Below, piece by piece: positions 1 through 9,603 of a stretch of DNA of 64,000 nt. Position 1 is the first letter of the stretch; the number at the start of each line of letters is the position of its first letter. The notes under the pieces are model-generated. The model was not told where the DNA came from. It searched no databases and saw only the letters and a list, made by a program, of their open reading frames with translations. The position numbers and the translations under genes are program-made. The stretch covers positions 64,001 through 128,000 of the forward strand of contig CAWGVS010000002.1 in NCBI GenBank assembly GCA_963826115.1. Reading direction: 5' to 3'. The stretch comes from an uncultured Candidatus Rokubacteria bacterium (GTDB taxonomy: Bacteria; Methylomirabilota; Methylomirabilia; Rokubacteriales; DASRDR01).

Positions 1-720
1 CGGCTTCCCGTCGGCCTTCGCCTTGTCGATGAACTTCAGGGCGAAATCGCGGATCTCGTCGTCCACCGTCTCCATGCGTTTCGGGCACAGCTCGCCCGCG
101 TCCTCGATCTTCTGCTTGCCGACCTTGCCCCAGCGTGGATCCACGGTGGCATCGTCCGCGGTGGTTGCCCACGAGTGGAGCATGTTGCGCGGCCCAACCT
201 TGTCCCGGAGATCCTGGGGATAGTTCGGATGGCAGGGGTCTTCCATCGCGTCGAGGTGATAGAGATAGCCGAAGAACTCGTCGAATCCGTGTGCCGTCGG
301 CAGGAACTCGTTCTTGTCGCCGAGATGGTTCTTGCCGAACTGGCCGGTGGCGTACCCCATGGACTTCAGCACCGTGGCGAGGGTCACGGCCTCCGCCGGG
401 AGACCGCTCGGCGCACCCGCCTGGCCGACGGTGGTCATGCCGGTGCGGATCGGCAGCTCGCCGGTGATGAAGTTGGCGCGGCCCGCCGTGCAGCTCGCCT
501 CGGCGTAGTAATCGGTGAACAGCATGCCCTCGGCGGCGATCTTGTCGAGGTTCGGCGTCCGTCCCGCCATCATGCCGCGATGGTAGGCGCCGATGTTCCA
601 GATGCCGACGTCGTCGCCCATGATGACGACGATGTTGGGCTTCGCTTGCGCGGCCGCCGGGCTGGCGCCCCAGGCGAGCGCGACCAAGATAACTACCCAG
701 ATTCCGATGGCTTTCCGCAT
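1..720 (-). CDS. Arylsulfatase (formylglycine-dependent), 5' part; runs off the window start
   Basis: Not in the ORF track; manual translation gives MRKAIGIWVVILVALAWGASPAAAQAKPNIVVIMGDDVG...YYAEASCTAGRANFITG, i.e. signal peptide, DD motif and CxxxR sulfatase signature; GGAGG SD upstream of ATG at 720. Confidence 0.93.
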   Translation of the reverse strand, partial: MRKAIGIWVVILVALAWGASPAAAQAKPNIVVIMGDDVGIWNIGAYHRGMMAGRTPNLDKIAAEGMLFTDYYAEASCTAGRANFITGELPIRTGMTTVGQAGAPSGLPAEAVTLATVLKSMGYATGQFGKNHLGDKNEFLPTAHGFDEFFGYLYHLDAMEDPCHPNYPQDLRDKVGPRNMLHSWATTADDATVDPRWGKVGKQKIEDAGELCPKRMETVDDEIRDFALKFIDKAKADGKP

Positions 721-822
721 GATGTCCTCCACGCTACGGGTGGTGATTCCGACGTGACGCGTCCTGCCGAAACGGGGCACCTCCAGACGGGAACTCGCAA
801 CCGGTGGGAGACGTGACGCAGC

Positions 823-1482
823 TCAGCTCGGAAGCGTATTGATCGCTCGCGAGAGGACGATGACCGTGGTCAGGAGCGAGATCATGCTCTCGACCATCAT
901 CAGCATCTTGGCCCGGTGCGTCAGCGGCGAGACGTCGGTGGGACTGAACGCCGTCGCCGTGTTGTAGGCGAGGAACAGGTAGTCGAGGAACAGCGGCCGC
1001 CAGCCGGCGGGGACGCCCTCCGGATCTCCCGGCTGAGGGAACAGCCAATCGGGCCTCGGGCTCGTGGCGCTGACGCGGGCAGCCGGGCCGCCCCGATCCA
1101 TCTGCCAGTACAGCAGCGAGAAGACCACGACGTTGGTGACCCAGATCGCCACGGAGGAGGACAGCAGCGAGAATGCGTTCCGGCCCGACGGGTGGAACGT
1201 CGTCACCCCGAGCATGTCGGCGAGCTCCGCGAGCGTGTTGACCCCGTAGACCGACGCCAAGAAAAGTATGATGGCGCGCTCGATGCGGAGCCACCGGGCG
1301 TGCCCGTTCGTGATCGCGACGGCCGCCATCGAGGTCAGCGCCACGAACGCGGCCAGGTGGCCCACCCAGACCGGGATGACGAAGACGTGCCCGCGCAGCG
1401 CCGCCAGCAGCAGGATGACGGCGACGATCGCGAGCGCGGGCGGCCAGCGCGACTCGTGGAGGGTGCCGGTCGAAATGCTCAT
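823..1482 (-). CDS. DUF1345-like membrane protein
   Basis: Several TM segments; C-terminal LFLDYLFLAYNTATAFSPTDVSPLT motif typical of this family. Confidence 0.8.
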   Translation of the reverse strand: MSISTGTLHESRWPPALAIVAVILLLAALRGHVFVIPVWVGHLAAFVALTSMAAVAITNGHARWLRIERAIILFLASVYGVNTLAELADMLGVTTFHPSGRNAFSLLSSSVAIWVTNVVVFSLLYWQMDRGGPAARVSATSPRPDWLFPQPGDPEGVPAGWRPLFLDYLFLAYNTATAFSPTDVSPLTHRAKMLMMVESMISLLTTVIVLSRAINTLPS

Positions 1483-1594
1483 GAGACACTCGGCGGGCCG
1501 GCGCGAGGCTCTTGCGGATCAAATCCAGGGAAATCTCGGTGTCCGAGCGCGACTCCGCCGAGCAGCGGCAGTAGGCGTTTCATCTCCGACCTGG

Positions 1595-2421
1595 CTACCG
1601 CGGGAAGAGCAGCTGGATCTGGATCCGGAGCTGCCACTCCGCCGCGTCGTCCGGCCGCACCACGTTGTAGTAGGCGCTGGCCTGCGCGTTCACGGGCGCT
1701 TGCCGATCCGCACGATCTTGCCCACGCCGACCCCGATGGGCACCGTCCACCGGTCGTCGCTGTCCGCCTCCCAGTTGGCCGTGATGATGGGTGCCGACGT
1801 CACGTACCACGCGTCGGGCAGGTTGTAGTTGACGAACGGCTGGATCAGCATCTGGTTCACGTCCCGCCGATCGCTGTCCCCCGCGAACGACCAGACGTTG
1901 TTGATGAGGGCGCCAAGCACCCACGGCCCGTGCACCGTCAGCGCGACGGCCGTCGGACCGGCCCCCCACTTCCCCTGGCCCAGCGAGTCGTCCGTCGCGC
2001 TGGGGAACTGGAAGATCGGTCCCACGCCCCAGATCAGCTTCCCGGGCTTCGCCGGCGAGAAGAACAGCGACTGCTGGATGTCGCCGAGGCCGAACACCTC
2101 GCCGACGCCCGGCGCCAGCTCCGGCTGGTAGATCAGGGGCACGATCGTCCGCGAGATGAGGTTCCAGTCCTCGGTCAGCCGGAACGGGATGACCGGCTGG
2201 ACGTTCAGGATGTACTGCACGTCGTCGTTCGGGCCCACGCCGAAGTTGACGTTGTTCTGGAACGGCACGGAGATCAGGTCCGCCACCGGGTTCTGCGTCT
2301 TCTTGGCGAGATCCGTGTCGTCCTGAGCCCAGCCAGGCCGCGGCCCGCAGGTCAGCGCCAGCACGAGCAGGAACACCGCCCCGATGCCGCGGCTCGTCCA
2401 TCGTCGCCCAGTGCGCCTCAT
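1595..2421 (-). CDS. Outer-membrane beta-barrel/transporter-like protein (often annotated 'neuromedin U'), with 1-bp frameshift near 1697
   Basis: Signal peptide then DLAKKTQNPVADLISVPFQNN...LNVQPVIPF; C-terminus PVNAQASAYYNVVRPDDAAEWQLRIQIQLLFPR lies in another frame; GGAG SD before ATG at 2421. Confidence 0.8.
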
Positions 2422-2664
2422 GTGCTCTCCTATCATCCGTTTCGCCCTGGCCTCCCCGAGTCGCCGTCGCGAGTCGCGCGGCGCCCCACCGGTCGGCACC
2501 GGCTCCATCGCCTCACTTCTGGAACGGGTAGAGCGCGACCACCGCCAGGAGCTCGTTCAACGGGGCTCGCGCCAGGTCGTCGTCCAGCAAGGCCAGGACT
2601 CCACAGTCACCACGGAGGCGGGGCGCGACGCCCCAACCATAGCCACATGGCCCCCGACGGGATA

Positions 2665-2680
2665 TAGGACTTTGGTCTTA
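2665..2680. promoter_or_regulatory. Imperfect palindrome TAGGAC-TTTG-GTCTTA, candidate NarL/LuxR-type activator site for the leftward sulfatase cluster
   Basis: AT-richer palindrome (1 mismatch) upstream of a minus-strand TATGGT -10-like hexamer at 2636-2641. Confidence 0.4.
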
Positions 2681-2728
2681 CTCGGAGCGAAGACGCCCGA
2701 GCACTTCATACGCCGGACGCCCGGCCGC

Positions 2729-3091
2729 TCAATGCCCGCCCGTGACCGTGTAGCCCTCGCGGCGCAAGTCGTCCGCCAGGTCGCGCTCCATCTGCGCGGC
2801 CGCCTCGTACGGCATGGGGTTGAGGTGAGCGTACAGCTGCGGCAGGAGACGCACGCTGTAGCGTCTGACCAGCGAGACGCTCCGGATGCCGAGTTTGTGA
2901 TTCTGGAAGCGCCTCTCGGGGTCGAGCCCCGTGAGCCCGACATACACGCTTGGCTCTGCGGGATCGCGGCCGGGATTGGCCCGGCGCACCTTTCGGAGCC
3001 CGTTGACGGCGTCGTCGAGCAAGACGACGTACACGCTGTGGTGCCCCGACGTCGATGCGATCGTAGATCGGCTCGGCTTGCGTCGCTTCAT
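2729..3091 (-). CDS. Small GIY-YIG-like nuclease family protein
   Basis: SVYVVLL...SVYVGLTGLDPERRFQNHKLG...AAQMERDLA matches GIY-YIG motif order (VY, YVG, R, H, E); start placed at MKRRKP. Confidence 0.7.
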   Translation of the reverse strand: MKRRKPSRSTIASTSGHHSVYVVLLDDAVNGLRKVRRANPGRDPAEPSVYVGLTGLDPERRFQNHKLGIRSVSLVRRYSVRLLPQLYAHLNPMPYEAAAQMERDLADDLRREGYTVTGGH

Positions 3092-3229
3092 CGACCCTCG
3101 TCGGGCCCGCGACACGAGCTCGAGCACGACGCCTCGCTCGCGGAGCACGCGCTAGTATACGTAGGCATGCGGAGGCCAGGCCGCCAGACGGCCGCGGGGT
3201 CGGATCGACCGCACGGTGACGAGACGGGT

Positions 3230-5980
3230 GTGGCCGGCGATGCCGCGCGCCCGGCCACCGTGGAGCGACGCCTCACCCTCGCGGTCTCGCCGTCGGGCCG
3301 GCTGCGGCTCCTGGAGGATCCGGACAGCCCGGCCCTGGAGGCCCTGCCCGCCGCGGCCATCGCGGCCGCCTTCGCCGCTGGCCCGGCCGCCGGGCTCTTC
3401 CATCTCGGGGCGGCCGAGGTCTCCACCCCGCTCGCGCCGGCGCTCGGGTTCTTCCGGGACTTCGCGCGCCTCTTCGTCACGCGGCTCTGCGCGATCGGCG
3501 ATCTCGAGGACCAGCGCGCCCGGGTCGCCGTGCCGGCCCCGGTCGACATCCTCGAGCGGCTGGCCCGGGAAGTGCCCCCGATCGCGGGCGCGGAGTACGT
3601 CGACCCCGCGCGCCTCGAGACGTGGTGGGCGGAGCTCGAGGCGCACTTTCGCGAGGAGATCGGCCGGCACCGGGGCACCGTCCAGTCGTACCTCCTCGCC
3701 CGGAACGCGGTGTGGAATCTCGTCGGCCGCGTCTACTTCCACCTGGCGGAGAACAAGGCCGACCCGGACCATCCCTTCGGCTTCCTGGCCACCTACACCA
3801 CCCGCCTGTCGGGCCAGGCCCGCCCGCAGCACCAGCCCCTTCGCCAGGCGCTCCGCACGTTCTCGGGCAACCGGTCCGCGCTGCTGTCGCTGCTCGCCCC
3901 GGTCGATCGGGCGGCCGCCGTCAGCCCCCTGCTGAAGGACCTCGTGGACACGGGCGACGTCTTCGAGGCGCTCGCGTGGACACCGCACGAGGCGCATCGC
4001 TTCCTCCACGACGTGCCCGCGTTCGAGGCGGCCGGGATCATGATCCGCGTGCCCGACTGGTGGCGGCGCGAGCGCCCCCGGCGGCTCGAGGTGAGCGTCA
4101 CCGTCGGCGGCAAGCCGCCGACGACGCTGGGTCTCGACGCGCTGCTGGACTTCTCGGTCGCCCTGGCCGTCGACGGCGAGCCCATCTCCGACGCGGAGTG
4201 GCGCGCGATCCTGGCGGGGACGGACGGCCTCGCCCTCGTGCGCGGGCGGTGGGTGGAGCTCGACCGCGAGAAGCTCCGCGAGGTGCTCGGCCACTGGGAG
4301 AGCGCGCGCCGCGCGGCGCGGGCGGGCCTGTCGTTCCGCGAGGCGATGCGCCTCCTGGCGGGAGCGGCCGTCGCCGACGGCGAGGCGGCCGAGGTGCCCG
4401 CGCCGGCCGGGGACTGGTCCCGCGTGGCCGCGGGCACGTGGCTCGCGACCACCCTGGCCGGGCTCCGCGATCCCCGGGCCCTGGCCGCCGCGACGCCCCG
4501 GGCCCTCCGCGCGACGCTCCGGCCCTACCAGGACGTCGGCGTCCGCTGGCTCCGGTTCCTCTCGCGCCTCGGCCTCGGGGCCTGCCTGGCCGACGACATG
4601 GGGCTCGGCAAGACGATCCAGGTGCTTGGCCTTCTCCTCCTGCTCAAGGGCGACCGGCCGCGCGCCGGGGATCGAGACGCCGCGGCGCGCCGGCCTCCCA
4701 GCCTCCTGGTGGTGCCCGCGTCCCTCATCGCCAACTGGCTCGCCGAGATCGAGCGCTTCGCCCCCGATCTCGCCGTGATCGTGGCCCATCCGTCGGCGCG
4801 GCCGAGCCGCCAGCTCGCGGCGCTCCCCGCCGGTGAGCTGGCCGGCGCCGATCTGGTCATCACCACGTACGGGCAGGTGGCACGGCTCCCGTGGCTCGGC
4901 GAGACCGCGTGGACGCTGATCGTCCTCGACGAGGCCCAGGCGATCAAGAACCCCGGGACCCGGCAGGCGCGCGCGGTCAAGCAGCTCCGCGGCAGCGCCC
5001 GGGTCGCCCTGACGGGCACGCCGATCGAGAACCGGCTCGGCGACCTCTGGTCGCTCTTCGACTTCCTGAACCCCGGGCTCCTCGGGAGCGCGCGCGCCTT
5101 CACGCGCGCCACCCGGGACATGGCCGCGGGCAGCGATCGCCACTACGGCCCCCTCCGGTCGCTCGTGCAGCCGTACATCCTGCGGCGCCTCAAGACGGAT
5201 CGCCAGGTGATCGCCGACCTGCCGGACAAGACCGAGGTCCGCGCGTTCTGCGCCCTGACGCGGAAGCAGGCCGCGCTCTACCAGCAGGCGGTGCAGGAGC
5301 TCGAGCGCCGCCTGGGCGCGACGGAGGGCATCGAGCGGCGCGGCACGATCCTCGCCACCCTCGTCCGCCTGAAGCAGATCTGCAACCATCCGTCCCAGTG
5401 GCTCGGCGACGGCGCCTTCGCGCCGGAGCACAGCGGGAAGTTCGCGCGGCTGGCCGAGCTCGTCGAGGAGCTCGCCTCGCGGCAGGAGAAGGCGCTCGTC
5501 TTCACCCAGTTCCGCGAGATGGCCGGGCCCCTGTCCGACTACCTCGCCCGGCTCTTCGGCCGGCCGGGCCTCGTGCTCCACGGCCAGACGCCCGTGAAGG
5601 AGCGCATGAAGCTCGTCGAGCGCTTCCAGACCGACGAGGCGATCCCGTTCTTCGTGCTCTCCCTCCGGGCGGGCGGGACGGGGCTCAACCTGACGGCCGC
5701 GTCCCAGGTGATCCACTTCGACCGCTGGTGGAACCCCGCGGTCGAGAACCAGGCCACCGACCGGGCCTTCCGGATCGGCCAGCGCCGCAACGTCCTCGTC
5801 CACAAGTTCGTCTGCCGCGGCACCGTGGAGGAACGGATCGACGCGCTCATCGAGCAGAAGAAGGGGCTGGCGGCGGACCTCCTCGCACCGGCCGGGGACA
5901 GCCTCATCACCGAGATGCCCGACCAGGACGTGCTCCGGATCGTCGCCCTCGACCTCCAGAGCGCGCTCGCCGAGGACTGA
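3230..5980 (+). CDS. SNF2-family DEAD/DEAH-box ATPase
   Basis: LRPYQ, LADDMGLGKTIQ, LDEAQAIKN, LTGTPIEN, RAGGTGLNLT, WWNPAVENQATDRAFRIGQ; start approximate (GTG 3230 or 3260), the ORF-track extension to 2384 overlaps a real minus-strand gene. Confidence 0.95.
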   Translation: MAGDAARPATVERRLTLAVSPSGRLRLLEDPDSPALEALPAAAIAAAFAAGPAAGLFHLGAAEVSTPLAPALGFFRDFARLFVTRLCAIGDLEDQRARVAVPAPVDILERLAREVPPIAGAEYVDPARLETWWAELEAHFREEIGRHRGTVQSYLLARNAVWNLVGRVYFHLAENKADPDHPFGFLATYTTRLSGQARPQHQPLRQALRTFSGNRSALLSLLAPVDRAAAVSPLLKDLVDTGDVFEALAWTPHEAHRFLHDVPAFEAAGIMIRVPDWWRRERPRRLEVSVTVGGKPPTTLGLDALLDFSVALAVDGEPISDAEWRAILAGTDGLALVRGRWVELDREKLREVLGHWESARRAARAGLSFREAMRLLAGAAVADGEAAEVPAPAGDWSRVAAGTWLATTLAGLRDPRALAAATPRALRATLRPYQDVGVRWLRFLSRLGLGACLADDMGLGKTIQVLGLLLLLKGDRPRAGDRDAAARRPPSLLVVPASLIANWLAEIERFAPDLAVIVAHPSARPSRQLAALPAGELAGADLVITTYGQVARLPWLGETAWTLIVLDEAQAIKNPGTRQARAVKQLRGSARVALTGTPIENRLGDLWSLFDFLNPGLLGSARAFTRATRDMAAGSDRHYGPLRSLVQPYILRRLKTDRQVIADLPDKTEVRAFCALTRKQAALYQQAVQELERRLGATEGIERRGTILATLVRLKQICNHPSQWLGDGAFAPEHSGKFARLAELVEELASRQEKALVFTQFREMAGPLSDYLARLFGRPGLVLHGQTPVKERMKLVERFQTDEAIPFFVLSLRAGGTGLNLTAASQVIHFDRWWNPAVENQATDRAFRIGQRRNVLVHKFVCRGTVEERIDALIEQKKGLAADLLAPAGDSLITEMPDQDVLRIVALDLQSALAED

Positions 5981-5991
5981 GGGCGCCGGCC

Positions 5992-6825
5992 GTGGCCTGG
6001 TACGAGTGGGCGCCCTACGTCCCGGTCGCGGCGCGGCGCCAGCAGGCGGCGTTCGAGGTCGCCCGGCTCCGCGCGAAGGGCCGGTCGATCGCGCCCGTGG
6101 TGATCGACGGTCGCGCGATCGCCCGGAGCTTCTGGGGGAAGGCCTGGTGCGACAACCTCGAGCGCTACAGCGACCACGCGAACCGGCTGCCCCGCGGCCG
6201 GACCTACGTTCGCAACGGCTCGGTGATGGACCTCCAGCCCGGCGCGGGGGCCGTCACCGCCCTCGTGAGCGGCAGCGAGCTCTACCGCGTCTCGGTCACG
6301 ATCGCGCCCCTGCCCCCGCGCCGATGGAAGGCCGTGGTCAAGGCGTGCGCGGGCCGGATCGGCTCCCTGGTGGAGCTCCTCCAGGGAAAGTTCTCGCGCG
6401 CGGTCATGGAGACGCTGATCCATCCGCGCGCCGGGCTGTTCCCGTCAGTCCGCGAGATCACCTTCGAGTGCTCCTGCCCGGACCGGGCGCGGCTCTGCAA
6501 GCACGTCGCGGCCACCCTGTACGGGGTCGGCGCGCGCCTCGACACCGAGCCCGAGCTGTTCTTCCGGCTGCGGCGGGTCGACCAGCTGGATCTCCTGTCG
6601 GCCGCGAGCCGCGCGAGCCTGCCGTCCGGCGGCCGGACGCCGCGCAAGCGGATCGCCGCCGCGGCGCTGGCCGAGGTGTTCGGGATCGAGCTGGACGTGG
6701 CCGCGCCGGACTCCAGCGCGCCTCGGCCGGCCGCGCCCGGACGAGGGCGGCCCCGGAGCCCGGCCGGCGGGACGACGCGACCGCGCGGCCCCACGCGCGC
6801 CCGGCGGGCGGCACGAGGCGATTGA
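5992..6825 (+). CDS. SWIM zinc-finger protein
   Basis: FWGKAWCDNLE...NRLPRGRTYVRNGSV and FECSCPDRARLCKHVAA (CxC-x5-CxH); GTG start 11 nt after SNF2 stop. Confidence 0.92.
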   Translation: MAWYEWAPYVPVAARRQQAAFEVARLRAKGRSIAPVVIDGRAIARSFWGKAWCDNLERYSDHANRLPRGRTYVRNGSVMDLQPGAGAVTALVSGSELYRVSVTIAPLPPRRWKAVVKACAGRIGSLVELLQGKFSRAVMETLIHPRAGLFPSVREITFECSCPDRARLCKHVAATLYGVGARLDTEPELFFRLRRVDQLDLLSAASRASLPSGGRTPRKRIAAAALAEVFGIELDVAAPDSSAPRPAAPGRGRPRSPAGGTTRPRGPTRARRAARGD

Positions 6826-6996
6826 CCGGCTTCCGCGCAACGCGCCCGATCAGCCCACGGATGGCCGCCGCGGTAGGCGGAGGTCATGGGGAACGAGATC
6901 ACGGCGGCGCCGCTGCCCGCGGGTCGACGACGCGGGCCGGGCCGGGCCCCGCATTTCCCTCGATTCCACGCGCCGGAACGCACTAGAATTCGGGCT

Positions 6997-9603
6997 GTGG
7001 CGGACCCGGTGGTCGAGGGCCGCGCCCTGGTGACGGAGGCGATCCGGTCGCTGGCGATCGCCTGCCGGGCCTGGGCGGCCTACCCTTCCGAGCATCCGAA
7101 CGTGACCCAGGCGGTGGGCGCCGCGCAGACGCGCGTCGGCGAGATGCTGGCGGTTCACGGCTCGGTGGCGCTCGGTATCTCGAAGAACCAACTCCGGGTC
7201 GGCGTCTGGACGTTCGAGTCGGCCCAGGCCCGCGGCCTCGCCCAGGCCCTCTACCGGCGCCAGGCGGCGGTCCTGCGCCTCGAGCGCGGCGTCCAGGCGG
7301 ACGAGCTCCGGGCGCTGGTGCAGTGGCTCGCGGGCCCGGCGGTGCCGCTCGAGCCGGGGGCGGCCGCCGCCGGGCCGCCGACGCTCCCCACCGCGCGCCA
7401 CCTCCACCTCCAGCCGCTCGACTACTCCGCCGTCCGGCTGACCGATCGCCTCGGCGAGGCGCAGATCCAGCTGCCCCTCGGCCCGGAGGCCGCCACGGCC
7501 GTCTCGCTGAGCGACCGCCTGCTGAACGTCCTCCTCGAGTGGGCCGTGCCGGCCGAGGCGGACTGGAGCGGTGACGAGCCCGCGAAGCCTGGAACAGTCC
7601 CGGCCGAGATCGCGATGGTCGCGTGGCTCAAGAACTTCCTGGAAGGTCAGAGCGCGCGCGATCGCGGCGAGGCGGCGGACGGCGGCGCGACCGCGGCGGG
7701 CGCCGGCGGCCCCGTCGGTGAGGGCGGCGCGGGTGGCGGCCTGGGCGGGACTGGTAACGGCGCCGGGACGGGCGAGAGCGGCACGGGCCACGGGTCCGGA
7801 GCGGGCGGCGCGGGTGACGGCTCGGGAACCGCGATCGGCGAGGCCGACGCCGCGCCCGGCGCTACCGGACAGGCGGCCGCGACGCTCTTCCCCGACGCGG
7901 GCGTGGGCACGGCGGGCGCACCGGGCCCGGCGGGCGCGGGGATCCCGGCGGCCGCCGGCACGGCCACGGCGCCGGGCAGAGACGCCGGCCCGACGCGGGG
8001 CGCCGGCATCGTGGGGCTCGGGTCAGACACGGGGGCGACCCGCGAGGGCGACGAGGGCATCGACGCGCCGGGCCCGGCGCCCCGGCAGCTCCTCGTGAGG
8101 CTCTCCGAGGCGACGACCGCGCACCTCGAGGCCACCTCGGGGGCGGGCCGCGCGCTCGCCGCCCGGCAGACGGCGCAACTCATCATGCGGCTCCCCGAGG
8201 GGCTCCGCGACAGCCTCATGCGCGCCGCGCTCCGGGTCGTCGCCGCCGATCCGGCCGGGGAGGACGCCCTCCAGGCGTTCACCTCGTCGATGAGCGCCCA
8301 CCCGGTCCTCCGCGTCATGCGCCAGCTAGGGGCCGAGGGCGTGCCGCTCTCGCGCCACGCGCAGCGGCTCGTCGAGCTACTCGCCTCCACGCGGCCCGAC
8401 TCGGAGTCCGACGAGGTGCCGGCCCAAGACCTGGAGACCCTCCGCGCGGAGCTCCTCACGCTGTTCCGCGAGGAGGACATCGACCGCTACAACCCGGAGG
8501 ACCACCTGGCGCTCCTCGCGCGCGCGATGCTGGCGTGGCCCACGCGCACGCCGGTCGAGCTCGGGACGCTCGAGACCCTCGGAGAGCGGGTCGGGACCTT
8601 GACCGAGGACGCGGTCGGCCACCAGCTCGCCGAGACGCTCCTCGACCTCCTCGGCCGCTACGCCGACGACAAGCTCGGCGCGGTCCTCGGCCGGCTCGAG
8701 CAGCTCGTCCAGGGAGCGCTCGCCCGCGGCTCGCTCGACGAGGCCGCCTTCGCCATCGAGGGGATGACGCGACTCGCGGGCGATGAGGCCGTGGCCGAGC
8801 CGACGCGGGTGGCGATGCGGAACCAGCTCGAGCACCTCGCGAGCCCGGAGACCCTGTCGGCACTCGCCGCCTCGCTCGGCGGCACGCCCAGCCCCGGCGC
8901 GGTCCGGCTGGTGCGGCTCCTCGGGCCGGGCGCGATCCGGAGCCTTCTCGACGTGCTGGTCCACGAGAAGGTCCGCGTCCGCCGCCGCCGGGTCTTCGAC
9001 CTCCTGTCCGCCCTCGGGCCCGAGGTGGTCCAGGAGGCCACGCGCTGGCTCACGGATCCGAACTGGTACGTCGTCCGCAACATCATCGCGCTCCTCCGCG
9101 CGGTGGGCGACCGCACGTCCTTGCCCGTGGTGCGACGGCTGACGGGCCACGGCGACCTGCGCGTCCGCCTCGAGGCGCTGCGGAGCCTCCTCGAGCTCGA
9201 CCCCGCCGTCGGGCAAGACTACCTCCTGAGCGCCATCGCCGATCCGGATCCGCGCGCGGCGACGGCGGCGGTGGAGGTGGCGGGCCAGCGCGGCGGGCCC
9301 ACCATGGTGGAGCCACTCCTGGGCGTGCTCGCGCCCTGGGATTTCCGGGGGCAGCGGCGCGCCGTGCGGCTGGCCGCCCTCCAGGCGCTCGGCCGCGTGG
9401 GCCGCCCCGAGGCCTTGCCGCGCCTGGCGCGCTTCTTCCGCGAGCGCTGGGGCCCGTTCCCCGCGGCCACCGAGCGCCGCGCGGCCTTCGAGTCGCTCCA
9501 GGGTTACCCGCCCGACGCGCGAGCCTGGCTCGTGATGCGCGGGCTCCGCTCGCGGGATCCCGAGATCCGCGCGGTGTGCGAGCGCCTCCGGAGTGAGGGA
9601 TGA
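6997..9603 (+). CDS. HEAT-repeat protein with Gly/Ala-rich linker
   Basis: N-terminal YPSEHP motif; C-terminal HEAT units (LTDPNWYVVRNIIALL, HGDLRVRLEALRSL); GTG start 7 nt after TAGAAT. Confidence 0.82.
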   Translation: MADPVVEGRALVTEAIRSLAIACRAWAAYPSEHPNVTQAVGAAQTRVGEMLAVHGSVALGISKNQLRVGVWTFESAQARGLAQALYRRQAAVLRLERGVQADELRALVQWLAGPAVPLEPGAAAAGPPTLPTARHLHLQPLDYSAVRLTDRLGEAQIQLPLGPEAATAVSLSDRLLNVLLEWAVPAEADWSGDEPAKPGTVPAEIAMVAWLKNFLEGQSARDRGEAADGGATAAGAGGPVGEGGAGGGLGGTGNGAGTGESGTGHGSGAGGAGDGSGTAIGEADAAPGATGQAAATLFPDAGVGTAGAPGPAGAGIPAAAGTATAPGRDAGPTRGAGIVGLGSDTGATREGDEGIDAPGPAPRQLLVRLSEATTAHLEATSGAGRALAARQTAQLIMRLPEGLRDSLMRAALRVVAADPAGEDALQAFTSSMSAHPVLRVMRQLGAEGVPLSRHAQRLVELLASTRPDSESDEVPAQDLETLRAELLTLFREEDIDRYNPEDHLALLARAMLAWPTRTPVELGTLETLGERVGTLTEDAVGHQLAETLLDLLGRYADDKLGAVLGRLEQLVQGALARGSLDEAAFAIEGMTRLAGDEAVAEPTRVAMRNQLEHLASPETLSALAASLGGTPSPGAVRLVRLLGPGAIRSLLDVLVHEKVRVRRRRVFDLLSALGPEVVQEATRWLTDPNWYVVRNIIALLRAVGDRTSLPVVRRLTGHGDLRVRLEALRSLLELDPAVGQDYLLSAIADPDPRAATAAVEVAGQRGGPTMVEPLLGVLAPWDFRGQRRAVRLAALQALGRVGRPEALPRLARFFRERWGPFPAATERRAAFESLQGYPPDARAWLVMRGLRSRDPEIRAVCERLRSEG

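Noticed and set aside
2513-2610. Short minus-strand coding-like stretch GVLALLDDDLARAPLNELLAVVALYPFQK*
   Set aside because: No in-frame start or recognisable family; too short to support
2384-3229. N-terminal extension of the SNF2 ORF
   Set aside because: It is the antisense of the GIY-YIG gene plus intergenic DNA
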